Program-made: the position numbers and the translations under genes
In this document: positions 37,094-49,500 of the stretch, piece after piece
How the letters are laid out: the number at the start of each line of letters is the position of its first letter
Position numbering within the stretch: position 1 is the first letter of the stretch
Origin: Vitrella brassicaformis CCMP3155
Taxonomy: Eukaryota > Protista > Chromerida
DNA: 64,000 nucleotides
Direction of reading: 5' to 3'
NCBI GenBank assembly: GCA_001179505.1
Contig: CDMY01000831.1
Coordinates: 189,004 to 253,003 of the forward strand
The notes under the pieces: model-generated
Told to the model about the DNA's origin: nothing
What the model saw: only the letters and a program-made list of their open reading frames with translations
Database searches by the model: none

Positions 37094-39231
37094 ATGGAGC
37101 CTCCCTGCATCAATGACTCATCTCTCTTCAGCGGCCCTCTCACCTGGCACAATTTGCAGTCTGTCGTCCGCAGCTCCTTCCGCACTCTATACGATGGTAC
37201 GTACGTATGCCAGGCACCCAAAGGGCACCACAAAACACCAGTTCACATCAACTGCATGTCCGTGTCCCCTATCTGTGTGGCTGCAGCCGTTAAGGCTCAG
37301 AACGAGGCTCTGCGAGCACTGGAGCGCAAGATGGAGACCAAGGCCGACCAGAGCACCACCGAGGCGTCAGTCGCCTCACTGCAGACACAACTCAAGGGAA
37401 CGGCCAGCATCGATTTGGTCCGCACCGTCGACGCATTGGCGCAGCAGATGGGCGAGATGCGCGAGGCCATCGACCACAAGACGGCCGTGGGGGACGTCAA
37501 TCGCTCGCTGGATGAAGTTCTGGTCGAGGCCACCCGGCAGTGCGAGCGGCTCATCACTGAGAGGACCGACGGCCTCACGAGCACCGTAGCCGCATTGCAG
37601 GCGGCACAGCGGGACGACAGAGTCGCCATCAACGCACTCGAGAGCCGAGTGGCGGCACTCGAGGGCCAGCTGAGAAGCACTGATGGCGGTCAGCAGCCCA
37701 CCCAGTCGTCCCCTCCCGCCCCCTCGTCTGTGCAGCGCGACGCCATGATGGCGTCTGTGCGTGACCTAAAGGAGCAGGTCACCTCGGTCGGCCTGGCACT
37801 CGACGGCAAGGCATCCATCGGGGACCTCCGCCGCGTGGCGTCAGCAGTGGACAGACGGGCCACGAGCGAAGAGGTGGCGACCCTGCGGCGGGCGGTGGAG
37901 AGTCGCGCAGCGGCCACCGACGTAGCTCAGCTGACCAAGCGAGTGGAAGGGCACATGACGGAGAGCCAGGTGGACAGCATGGTGAGTCAGAAGGTCAAGA
38001 CTACCGTCGTCAAGCCCTTCAAGAGCCTGCAGGCCGTGCAGGAGGAGGTGCAGTCGCTCAGAGAGGGCGTGGCGGCGCACGAGCACAAGGTGGGTGGGCG
38101 GGTGGGGCGTGCAGAGGAGCGTGTGGACCGTCTGGAGCAGCATGTGGCCACTGTGGCGCGGCAGCGTCGCGAGGAGAGGGAGAGGGCCGATAGTGAGGTC
38201 AGGGAGCTGCGGGACGACGTGGTAGCGGTGGGAGAGGCGGTCAAGGGAGTCAAGGGGCGGGTGGGGGAGATGGACACCGCAGTCCAGACACAGCGCACAC
38301 ACATACAGGTAAGGTGCGCACACGGATTGGCAGGCAGGCAGGGAGGGAGGGAGGGGAAGAAGAGGACAGGCGCTGAGACCGTTTCGCATTGTCCTGTCCC
38401 TCGTGTGTGCGGATGCAGCGTGTATCCGAGTCGGTATCCTTGCGTCTAGATGACATGGAGCGGTCCCTCTCCTCCATCCCCTCTCTCGCACACTCAGCAC
38501 AGTCCCTGCAGACGAACCTCGAGCAGCTCAGCCACACCGTCAGCAGCCACCACGCATTTCACACACAGCAGCACGACACCATCCGTGAGCAGCTGCAGCA
38601 GACGGCCCACACGAGCGACCTCAAGGCCATGGCGGCCGAGCAGTCGCTCATCAACGACGCACTCTGTGCTGAGAACTCTTTGGGCCGGTGGCTATGGCGG
38701 TCGGGGCGGACGGAGAGCGGCCTGCTGACACTGTCACCAGGAGCACCACATCATGGTTCGGGGGAGAGTGGCGGGCCGCCTGTCGCCCTAACCTGCCATG
38801 AAGTGGAGGTCGTCAACACATGTAGAGATGAAGAGAGACACACAGACTCTCGTTGTCGATGTGAATTGATGATGTGTGTCATGTCCACAGGTCCGGACAA
38901 CCTCTTGTGGCAGTCCGGCAGCACCTTTGTGGTGGCCCGCGCCCCCGGGCTGTACGAGGCCACTTGTGGCGTGTTCGGGGGCGATGCGGCCAAGGTGGGC
39001 CTCATAGTCAACGATCGCAAGGTGGTCGAGACCAGCGGCAGACGCACTATCGACGGCGGCGCGTCGGCCAGCGCTGTTGGGGGCTGCACGATGATAGAGT
39101 ATGTGGTGCTGCCGGCCCAGGCGCGTGTGTCAGTGTGTGTGGCGGAGAGGGGTGGAGACAGGGCGAGGAGAGTGGGGGAGGGACAGACTGTCACCTCTTG
39201 CGAGGGGTTCCTGGGGCTGCGGAAGCTATGA
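37094..39231 (+). CDS. Long coiled-coil protein with C-terminal beta-sandwich (C1q/TNF-like) domain
   Basis: Heptad-rich 37280-38310 exon; C-terminus CAENSLGRWLWRSG..GPDNLLW..VARAPGLYEATCGVF..IEYVVLPAQARVSV..EGFLGLRKL*, which I recall as a conserved protist C1q-like tail. Confidence 0.65.
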
Positions 39232-39869
39232 TGAATGGACTGTTCGAGTGTGGATAGATGCAACCATGTGTGAGTGCTCGGACGGACAGGAGTTGGTGTC
39301 CGTGTCCGTGTCCGTGTCCGTCTATGAAAGTTATTTGTAACCACGTGAACGCCACGCCCATGCAGACAGAGCCCACAAACAGACATACATCCAACATTTC
39401 TTTGTCCACGTGTCAGTCAGCCCACAGAGTAGCTTGACCCAGCAAGCGACAGCTACAGATCAGTAAACAATGTACGTACGACATGATAAATACAAACATA
39501 CATACATACATACTTGAGTACTAAGGTATGTGGCGGAGACCAATGAATGCACCAGCCAGCAGAGAGACACCTGCGGTTCTCAACCCGTGATGCACTTGTA
39601 TCTATCTCCCATCACGACACAAATGAATGACAGACAGACAGATCAGTAAGTAGATGACATGATCCACCCAGCTAAATTCTAATTGTTCGGACCGGCAGCA
39701 CAGAAGGGCCGGTCGTACACAAACAAATAGAGAGTGAGAACCTGTCTAGTCTCCCATACACACACACTGACACTCCTTTCTCCCTCGCAACGAGCAGACA
39801 GGCATGCACATGCCATGGATGGAACTAATTAACTGTCGACGCCTTCCCCTCCCTCCCTCCCTCCCTCCC

Positions 39870-42800
39870 TCATTCGGGCTGCGATATGAAGGGATTTGAG
39901 ACCCACTGCAAGGCCTCCGCCATTGTCCCGGCGAAATCCACCGCCTTGCTACACTGCTCGCACCGATATTCCGGCTCGTCCAGCAGCTCCAGCTGCTCCG
40001 CACCCTCACCCTGCGCCAGCACCACGTTAGCCCGTTTCCTATCGGCGTTCTCGGCCCTCACCCGGCCGAGTCTCCGCTGCCAGGCCTGTTTGCGGTTGGC
40101 ATAGCAGGTGGTGCAGATGTGCATGTGTCTGCAGGGGATGTACATGACGGCCGCGGGGCCGTGCTCGCCGAAACAGACCAGACAGTCCACCATAGACGCA
40201 CTGCTGCTGGCAGCACCGGCGGCGGCAGGTGGGAGTGGGTGGAGTCCCTCATTGAAGCTGCTGGACGGCGGGCAGGCAGGAGACCTGACACAAGCACCAG
40301 CGAAACAGTCAATCCGTCATCTCCGTGACGCCTCGATCCTCACCTGTCGGGGAATGTCACTGGCCGCCGAACGCCGCCACCACCACAAGACGCAAACCTA
40401 AGTGAAGGAGACACGGCACAATGGTCGGCAATGAGATGGCCTCCCTCCCTGCCCAATGCTCTGTGTCCTCACCTGCCGCACTTGACGAGTGGCGGGGGGC
40501 CCCTGCGGGACGCACCATCATCAGCACGCACCGAACTTCCCGATGAGGGCCACTCATGGCTGAGGGCAGCACCACACGAGACCTCAGGAGGGCTGGGCGG
40601 AGGGGGCGGGGGCGGGGGAAGGGGCGGCCGATGAGCCGTCGAGCTGCTGATGTCCTCTGCTGACGGCAGCCAGGGAGTCGGAGGGGCCGCGCCCATCGAT
40701 GGCGGCGGTGGTGCGATGGTTGGCAGCCCCAGGCCCCTCCCGGCCGCCCGCCCCCTCTTTGGTATGCTGACGCTCATCGGCAGAGTGTCGCGCGGCGTCT
40801 GGTCGGCCGTCGATGTGGCAGTGCTGAGGTCTCCAGAGGGATGCCCCTCACTGTCTCTCGTCGGAGAGCTGCTGGGCGGCGTCATGGGATGGCCATTGCT
40901 GAAGTCGTTTGGCGCCTGTTGTGGGGGCGCCGCCAAATGAGATGAGCTCGGTAGACCAGCCTCCGGTCGCAAAGCTGACCCACCAGTTCTGCCTGGCCGC
41001 CCGCCTTTTCTGCCCTTCTTCTTTCGGTGTCCCTCTGTGGTCTGGGTCCACTGGCCGCCACTGTCTGCCATCGCCTCCACCTGATGCTGATCAGCCGATC
41101 CATCCCCAGACATGGTGGGTGGCTGGAGGTCACTGCTGCTAGTGGCCCTGGTGCTGGGTGTGGCAGTGGAGGCACTCTCACTGTCATCGTCAGCAGCAGC
41201 GGAGGATGGCTGAGCCGTCGGCCGGCGGGAAGCAGAAGCGTTGGGCTGCCTGGCATGGCCTCTCTGGCCCCTCCCCTGCCCTCTGCTCCTCTCTGCTTCC
41301 TCCTCAGCTATCAGCTGTGCCGCTGTGTCTTCGGCCTGACGCTGCTCACGGCTTTGGTTCCATCGGTCGATGTGGGGCTGGAGAAACCACCACAGCACGG
41401 AGGCGACAGCCACAAGAAGGATTCCGCCCCCAATCCACGGCGCCCAAGGTGAGGACAGCTGCAAAGGAAGAGTGGTCGGCCTTGTAACGGTGCCTTTTGG
41501 GCCCTGCGTACCGTTTCCCCGGTTGTTGTTCGCCGACGCAGGTCCGCCGCGTAGACGGACAGCGTATTCGTAACAGCCTGTGCGGCGCTGCTGGCAATGT
41601 TAGCATCAGGGCTCCTTGCAATGTATTCAATCGACTGCTGGCATCTCTGCAGTCACCAAAACAGACCGTGTGCGCCACGCAAGTGACTTAGTGAGTGCAC
41701 ATCGCATCCGACCATGCTGCCAACGATAGTCTTTGCGACTTCCTGCCCCAAAACGTCGCTGTCCCTGATCAATCAATGCACCACCAACAAACAGACAGGA
41801 TGCCTCACCCTTGTGTGGATGGCGTTCGTTGCGTACCTGAGTATCTCTTTGAAGGCCAGGAGCAATGTTGTGATAAGGCCCTCTTCAATGCGCTCGTGTA
41901 CAGGTAAGCCCCCCGATATCGGGGTCGAGATGAATGTACACGCCGCCTCGAGGCACCCGTTGTCGACGGCGTACCGACGCTGAACACACAGCAGTGCACA
42001 TCACAATGTACACCGCATGATTCCATTTATGGCATGGGCACATAGTCGAGAAGCGTACCTGTCCTTCGTCCCCCTCGAACAACAGAGAGCTGCACACTGC
42101 ATGCACTAAAGGCATGCAGTCGAGGCCTTTGAAAGCGTTGGGCAGGATGCGGTTTGTGACTATGGCCGTAGGACTGAGGCCAGACTTGCGCCCTACGATG
42201 TAGTCTGGAGTAAAGTCCGCACACAAACACGCACAGAAGTGAATGACAAACAGCGCCACCTACCTTCGCATATGCGCGTCACCGCCATCGTGAATAACAA
42301 GACGGCGGCGCGGTCCCGAGTCGAGTTGTCAGATGACAGAAGCAAGGCCGACAGCTTTTCCACACCCCCATGGTTGACAAGAGCATCAGCAAGACCTGGT
42401 GCTGTCACAGCACACGATCCGTCGGGCGATGTGTGGACCGGAATCCTGGCGAGCATCACCACTGCAGCATTCTTGACCGACGAGTGGCTGTGGTCCAGCA
42501 GCTGAAACAGGGGCAAAATGGTAGTAGCAGTCTCGGGCGGACCATAGATCCACGGCAAGTGCTTCAGGATGGCAGTCAGAGGCCTCACGATGTCCTCCAT
42601 GTCGCTGTCTGGCAGCTCTAAAGTGCGGCTGAGGGTATCGACAAGCGACGAATGGGTGCCACCTCTGACAAACAGTCTGAAACAGACAGACAGACAGACA
42701 GTCACACTCGTGCCAGCCGACCGGTGCCACCTCGACTCACCGAGCGAGGGCCTCAGCGGCCTCAGTGCCGGTCTCTGCCACCTGCTGCAAGACAGTCGCC

Positions 42801-43597
42801 GCCTCAACCTGCACTTCACGGTGGTCGAAGTCGCCGACGAGGCCAAGGATGGCCGGCCCAAACTGACCGACAATCTCGGCAGCAGCTTTCTCTGGGAATT
42901 TGCTCTTCTTGACCACGGAGGGGATCCCCCGCAGCGTCCGTAGCTGCTCGTGCCTCTCATCACTGTTCAGCTCATTTATCAGTTTCTCCGCCGCCCTGTC
43001 TTGGACGGCGTTATAACGATCCCCCAGCCGGGCAAGCGCAGCCTCGTGCGCCTCATCCCCTCGGGGAAGGTGATGCAGGACGGTGCTCAAAGGTTCCGCA
43101 ACGTCCATCATTCTGTCATCCGGCAAATCCGTTGCGTGAATGAGAGTCTCGATGACGGACGACCGAGCACCAACACTATACAGGACACCAGACACAGACA
43201 GCAACACACATGGGTCCTGCCTGTCAACCAACGGACAAGCATCCGACCTCTCACCCACTCACCGGGCGAGGGCGTCAGCAGCCTCAGTGCCGGTCTCTGC
43301 CATCATGGCCAGCAGAGCCGCCGCCTCAACTTGGACTGCAGGGTGTCCAAAGTCGCCGGCGAGGGCAAGGAGAGCCTGACCATAGAGACCAGCGTATCGT
43401 GCAGCATCCTCCTGCGGCCGTAAGCCCTCCCCGATGTCCTCAAAGAGGGACTGCAACACGTGGAGCTGCTTGAGGCTGTCGTTGCTCTCCAGCTCACGCA
43501 GCAGGGGCAACTGTCGGCCTTCGCACGTTTCCGCAGAGGAAGCGATGAGCACGGCGAGCACCAGAGAGGAGCCGCAACAGGAGAAGCCGAAGGGCAT
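39870..43597 (-). CDS. Family copy E: signal peptide - ARM-like (duplicated first module) - TM - Pro-rich tail - RING with long helical insert
   Basis: MPFGFSCCGSSLVLAVLIASSAETCEG; two exons ending ETGTEAA[DE]ALAR; TM WAPWIGGGILLVAVASVLWWFL; RING CLVC..PCRH.HICTTC..(47 aa)..CEQC. Confidence 0.75.
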
Positions 43598-43879
43598 CGT
43601 ACATGTACCCGCTGTCACACAATTATTGTCGCTGACCATTATTTCGCCACGTCAGGAAGGCTCTGTCTGTGCCAGATGTTCGTCGCTTCCGAGTCAAGGA
43701 CCGGCCTCCACCTGCTGACGCTGCTGTGTTGTCTCGTTGTCATCGGTCTGGTCCGATACGCTCTGTCTGCTGAAGGGAGGAAGGTGAGCCAGCGACAGAG
43801 GTATGTCTGTTGATTGATTGCATGTGAACCTAAACTATCTCTCTTGCTTGTTGTGTGTCTGCCTGTCTGTCTGCCTGGG

Positions 43880-45730
43880 CAGGTGTTGGTCAAGGTGCTG
43901 AAGTGGCTTGACGAACTGTGGCCTCGAGTGCTGGTTTTCTGTGGACTCGAGTGGATCCTCGGAGACCTCCTCACGCTCAAGACGCCTGAGGAAGCCAGCC
44001 AGACGGCCGCGCGGCTCAGAGAGGAGATCGACCACATCCAGGTGGAGCTTGGTGTCCCCCAGGTGGCTGTCGGTGCATCGTCCTGTCGGTATCGTCTGGG
44101 CAGCCGAGTGCTGATGGTGTCGGACGGCGAAGCCAGGAAGGGCAGGCACTTGTGGGTGAAGGCCTCGTGTCCAAGCTGGAGCCGACTGCGGGAGGGACGA
44201 GGGTGTTCATGCGGGAGGAGGGCGGCACAGAGGAGTTCAAGATAGTCGTGCCCAACGCAACATCACACTTCCACGAGCTTGCCAACGTCGAAGCAGTAAG
44301 CAGACACACACGAGCAAGCTGGCGGGCGGTTGGGATGTCCTCTTGACGAGGATCTTGTGCTGTTGGTTCGCAGGTGTGCGATGGCTTCAAATGGGTTGGC
44401 CGTAAGGTGGCCCAGCAGCAGAGCCTCGACGGACAGAAGGTACACACCTGCACAGCATCGATCGCTGACATGAATCCATCCTCCTCGACTCACGTGTCGC
44501 CTCTTTTTGGTTGCTTGCGCAGAGCGGCGAGCCCTTCTGTCTGTTCAACGCCATGGTCGATCGCCTCGGGCCTCATGAAGTGGCGGCTCTGTCGGGAGAC
44601 TTTACGGACCTTCTGGGCGTGGAGGTCTCCGCTCTCTTCGCTGCCTGCAAGACACTCGACTTGGCCACCAACATCACCAAACAGATAAAGAAACGCATCG
44701 ACCAGCTGCTGCGCGACCAACACATCGACGGATGGCTGACGTATGAGCACGATGACAACACCAACAACACCACCTGTGGTGGGTGTTGGTCAAGGGCGGG
44801 CAGTGGGCGGCGAATGAGCCCATTCTGCGCCTGGCCAGGAGCAGTGGCCTCCTGGCCTCCCTCCCACTCATCATCACATCGGCTGACGTGCGGCTGGCGA
44901 CGGCCGACAAGACCCTCTACCTCAGCCGCCCAGAGGCCATCCGCCAGTACAGCCTCTACAGCCACCAACTGGGCGACAGGATGCACCTGACGCGCAATGC
45001 CAACCGCCGGCAGGACGAGCTGGCCGGGTGGCAGGTGACGGTTCACACACAGCAGACGGTGCCGGCCAGGTATCGAGATCGATTCAATCCGGCCGACCCC
45101 CCGTGCCGACGTGAGAGAGGGGAGGGCAAAGCACCACAGGACAGGCCATTTGACATGGATGGATGGATGGTGTCTGCCGCTGTGTGTCTGTCTGTGCCTG
45201 CAGACCAGGATTTCGACTACGGCAGCTTCCGTGAGTCGGTCGTCGAGAGGTATGCAGCCACTCCTTAAACGGGAGAACACAACACAGCAATGTGTCGGGT
45301 GCTGTACGTTCCCTCCTGCTCTTTCAGGATGGCATGGCTGTCGTTGCCTCGAGTGTCGGGTCAGGACTGCTGTCCGTCCTCTGCTGAGTATCATCGCATC
45401 TGTGCCCTGATGGCCCAGCAGCCGCCCCTGTGGGACGGCTGCCGCACCATCGACTACGGCATCTACCGCACCTACCGACTCGTCATACTGTGTGGCGAGG
45501 AGGATGGCGACGACTTCGCGGCGTGCATCAAGATGGACAAGTTGAGTTACGGGTCGGCATCTATCTCCATCCACACCACCGAGGCGCCCCAGCAGGGCGT
45601 CAGTGGTCCTGCTGCCTTCCTCGGACAGTTCACATCGCCCACAACAAGATGGACGACGCTGTGCGGCTACTGCCGAACATCCGACAGAAGAGCCAACGCT
45701 CTGGTCCGTTGGACACACGAGGGGCGGGAG
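43880..45730 (+). CDS. Lineage-specific multicopy-family protein (possibly disrupted)
   Basis: Coding-like segments NAMVDRLGPHEVAALSGDFTDLLGVEVSALFAACKTL, RPEAIRQYSLYSHQLG and RLVILCGEEDGDDFAACI resemble an expanded Vitrella-type family from memory. Frame changes near 44150 and 44790 could not be resolved as introns. Confidence 0.4.
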
Positions 45731-46500
45731 AATCCATGTAGTTTTTTCGGCTCATTGTATTGTGTGCTCTCTTTCCCTCTCTGTGTGATGGGTGTTGCTG
45801 TGTCAGGTATGTGAGCCGTGTGGCTCTGGTGGTGTGATTGACACGTGTGTGTTGAGGATGGGGGCGGCTGACATTAAGTGTCTGTCTTCCAGGGACAGAC
45901 AGATGGATGGATGGATGGTAGGCCCTTGCTGCGTTTGCTGCAGTATCACTGTTTACAGACACTCCGCTTACTGTAAAAGCCGATGTTCGTTAATTGGTGG
46001 GTTGGTGGTGTGTGTGGAGGGGGAAATCAGTGTGCGGTGCGCACGAACCATATGTATACACAATAATGGCTATGGCCTAGTCAACCACACACTAACACTA
46101 CACACACATCATGATGTACACACATACAGCTGGGGTCCATGTCGGTGTCCAGTGGTGGCGTGGCGTGCACATACGAATCAAGTGAGGGCAAGATCAAGCT
46201 CATGCATCTCTCTCTCATCTCGCCCTCTCCCATGTCACCTCTCTCACACTACACTCACACAGATGAGACACTATCTTCTATCTGTTTGGTTAGATAATCT
46301 CTGCACAGCCGCTGCACAGCAGCCGAACACGAGAACAGACCATCATGATGCAGCGTCATGAACTACACAAATGCACTGATCATCCCATCCTCACACACAC
46401 ACGCGCAGTCAGCATCGCCTCGAGTGAATGGGGCTGCATCTCTCCTCAGCCGACCCGACACACTAACATGAACCCGACAACTGTACACCCCACAAATCGT

Positions 46501-49500
46501 CTAAATGGTGGGCCCCGACTTTCTGTAGTCGATGTCGCTTCTGCAGATGGGGCACTGCGTGTTGCCCCTCCCCGGCGCATAGCTCGTGTGCCAGCAGGTG
46601 ACACACAAACATCGGTGGCGGCAGGTGGACGGCGCCTTGCCGATGAGCACCACCGTCCGCTGCCCGTCGTGGCACACGGCACACGACTCGTCGTCCTCCC
46701 TGTCGTCGATGCGCCGCTGCAGCTGCCGATTCTCCTCCTGGTGCGCCCGAAGCATGAGCCCGTCGAGCTGTGAATGCGGGCCATGACGCGGGCGAGGAAG
46801 GCCGTCGCCTCGGCCACCGTGTGGATGGACGAGAGGCAAGCCATCGAAGGCCTGCACAGAGAGACAAACAGATAGACAGCCGATGTGTGTGCCCTTGTTT
46901 CATACCTGTTATGGGTGTCCATCCTGATGGCATCGACACGCGACTGGAGCTTCCCCACCTCATGCGAGAGGCACCTCAGCCGACGATCCAGCTCACCGCT
47001 GCCCAGCTGCTGCTCGACCCTGAATGCCACACACAGACAGTCACACACATATGGCGGTGTGGGAATCCCCGCTGTCTCTGTGCTCACTCTGAGATGCGCT
47101 GTGTGAGTTTCGCCAGCTGCTCGCCGAGCCCCAAACCACCAATGTCATCAGCTACACCAGCACCCGACGAGCTGCCCTCCAGCGGCCCACAGAGGCCACC
47201 CGCATCAGCCGAGGAAGACCCCGATGCCGCTGCTGCCCCCTCAGTGGCGGTGTCCTGCTCCCTCTCCATGTGGGGCTCTTCCACTGCTGCCGATCCGCTG
47301 CTGAGCTGCCGGATCTTGGCGAGTGCGGCGTCGTAGATGGGCTGCAGGGCGGCCTTCTCGGCCTCGGCCTCAGCGGAAAACTGCCGGATGCCCTCAACGC
47401 CGCCCGCACGAACCACCTCATCCAACTCGTCAACAGACCTGAAACACATAACACACACGACACGAGGCGCGTCAAGGTCTCCGCCCTCTGTGTCTGTGTG
47501 TGTGGGTGCGGTTCGTCACACTTGGGTGCGTTGACCATTGCGGTTTCCTTCTCGCGTATCAGTTTGGTCTTTCGCTGCTCCAGCGAGGCGATGGCCGCCA
47601 ACTTGCCGTCCAACTCACAACGCAGCCTGCACACACATGCCAAGACACACACGTGCTGACTGCAGTGCGAGTGCCGCCCATTCATCGCTTTTTCGGCTCA
47701 CTCCTGCAGTCTGTCGACAGCCTGCTGCTTCTGCTCTAAGGCCATGGCGCGTGCGGGATCGACGCTGTGGGCATCATCGGCAGCCGCGGCCTCTGCTCTC
47801 CTTTGCCGCTCCGTCGGGTCTTGGCTGTGATGTCCACCGCCCTGCCCTGAGCCCCACTGAGACCAAGCAGCCCCCACACCCCTGACCCACGCAGAGTCAT
47901 CAGAAGGACCGCTGGACGACGACGACCGGCCCGCGAAGCTCTGGCCTCGTTGAGCGCCGACAAAGGCATTACCATGAGCGGCAGCCGGTGCTACGCCGGC
48001 TCTCTCCGGCGCCTGCTGCCGGTCGGCATAAGGCGACGAGTGATGCTCAGGCGATGGGCTCACTAGAGGAGGGACGAGGGGGCGAGGGGGGCTCTTCCTC
48101 ATGGCGGTGCTTGGCGCCTGCTGTCGCGGCGCCGTCTCCCGAGATGAGCTCGATTGACCAGCATCCTGTCGTGAAGTCGCTTGAGTGGTCCCGCCTTTTC
48201 TGCTCTTCTTCTTCCTGTGTCGCGCGGCGGCTGTCCATTCGCCGCCGTCGTCTGGCGTCGGCTCCTCTTGATGCTCCTCCTGCTGCAGAGGATGAGCCGA
48301 TCCATCGCCAGACGAGGTGGGTGTCAGGCAGCCACTGTGGCTGCCGCTTGATGCCGCAGTGGAGGCCATCCCACCGTCATCGCCAGCAGAAGAGGATGGC
48401 TGGTCAGCGGGCCGGCGGGCAGCAGAAGCAGCATTGGGATGCCTGGCATGACCTCTGCGGCCCCTCCCCTGCCCCCTGTTCCTCACTGTTTCCTCCTCAG
48501 CTATCAGCTGTGTCGCTGTGTCTTCGGCCTGGCGCTGCTGCCGACGCTGCCAGTGACGCTGCAGCCAGGGACCGACAACAAAGCGCCACAGTGCCGACAG
48601 GCCGAGCAGGACAGCGAGAGTACCTGCGACCCAGGGCGCCCAAGGAGAGGAAAGCTGCAAAGGCAAAGGCTATTGGGAAAGACAGAAGGAGAAAGTTTTC
48701 TGTCTGTTGTTTCTTGTGTCGTACGAGATCAATGCTTCTTGGCAGCCGATACAAGTCAGTGACCTGCCAGACACACAGGGACACGCCAGACACACCATGC
48801 AGATCCACGCAGCTGTGCATACTACTATATCGTCATCGGCGTAGGCCCAAGGAGATCTGATCGCCAAACAATCGCTCGTTTTGGCTCGCTTTGGATCACG
48901 GCCGCACGCGAATTCTTCGGTCAGTTCTTGGATGGCTCGCTTACAGCTGCTCTGAAGCCACAAAGGTGCAAAAAATGACACCGGTTAGGCGGCATCGTCT
49001 CAAGTGTGTCAGACCCTCATCTGAGACGAGATTCTCATCCTCAAGGCCGCACTTGCTCTGATTGATTGACAGGAGAGCATGGTCAGTTAACACGCAAGAC
49101 ATCCGCTGGCTCTCTCGCACCTGACAAATAAATTGGACAATACTGCCAGAGTATTCTTGACGTCCATGCGATCCTTGCTGGACTCCAGCAGGTCGCATGC
49201 TACGCCGACACAGCCTTGGTCGACTGCATAGCTGACCTGCAACACACATACGAGACACACATGCATGAACACAGAATAGTGTGATCTACTCGCCCCGCCC
49301 CGCTCACCGCCGATTCATTTCCCCACTTCCATGGCAATAAACACGACGTAAAAGATAAACACGACATAAAAGGAATATATTCGGTAAGCGCCTTCTTGTG
49401 GCTTCCGGGTCCACAAGCCGTGATCGAATTCGGGATGACCTCAGCTTGGATCGTTTGCGCCATGCACGTGGGAATCGTCTGGGGGCGCGTGTCTGCCACA

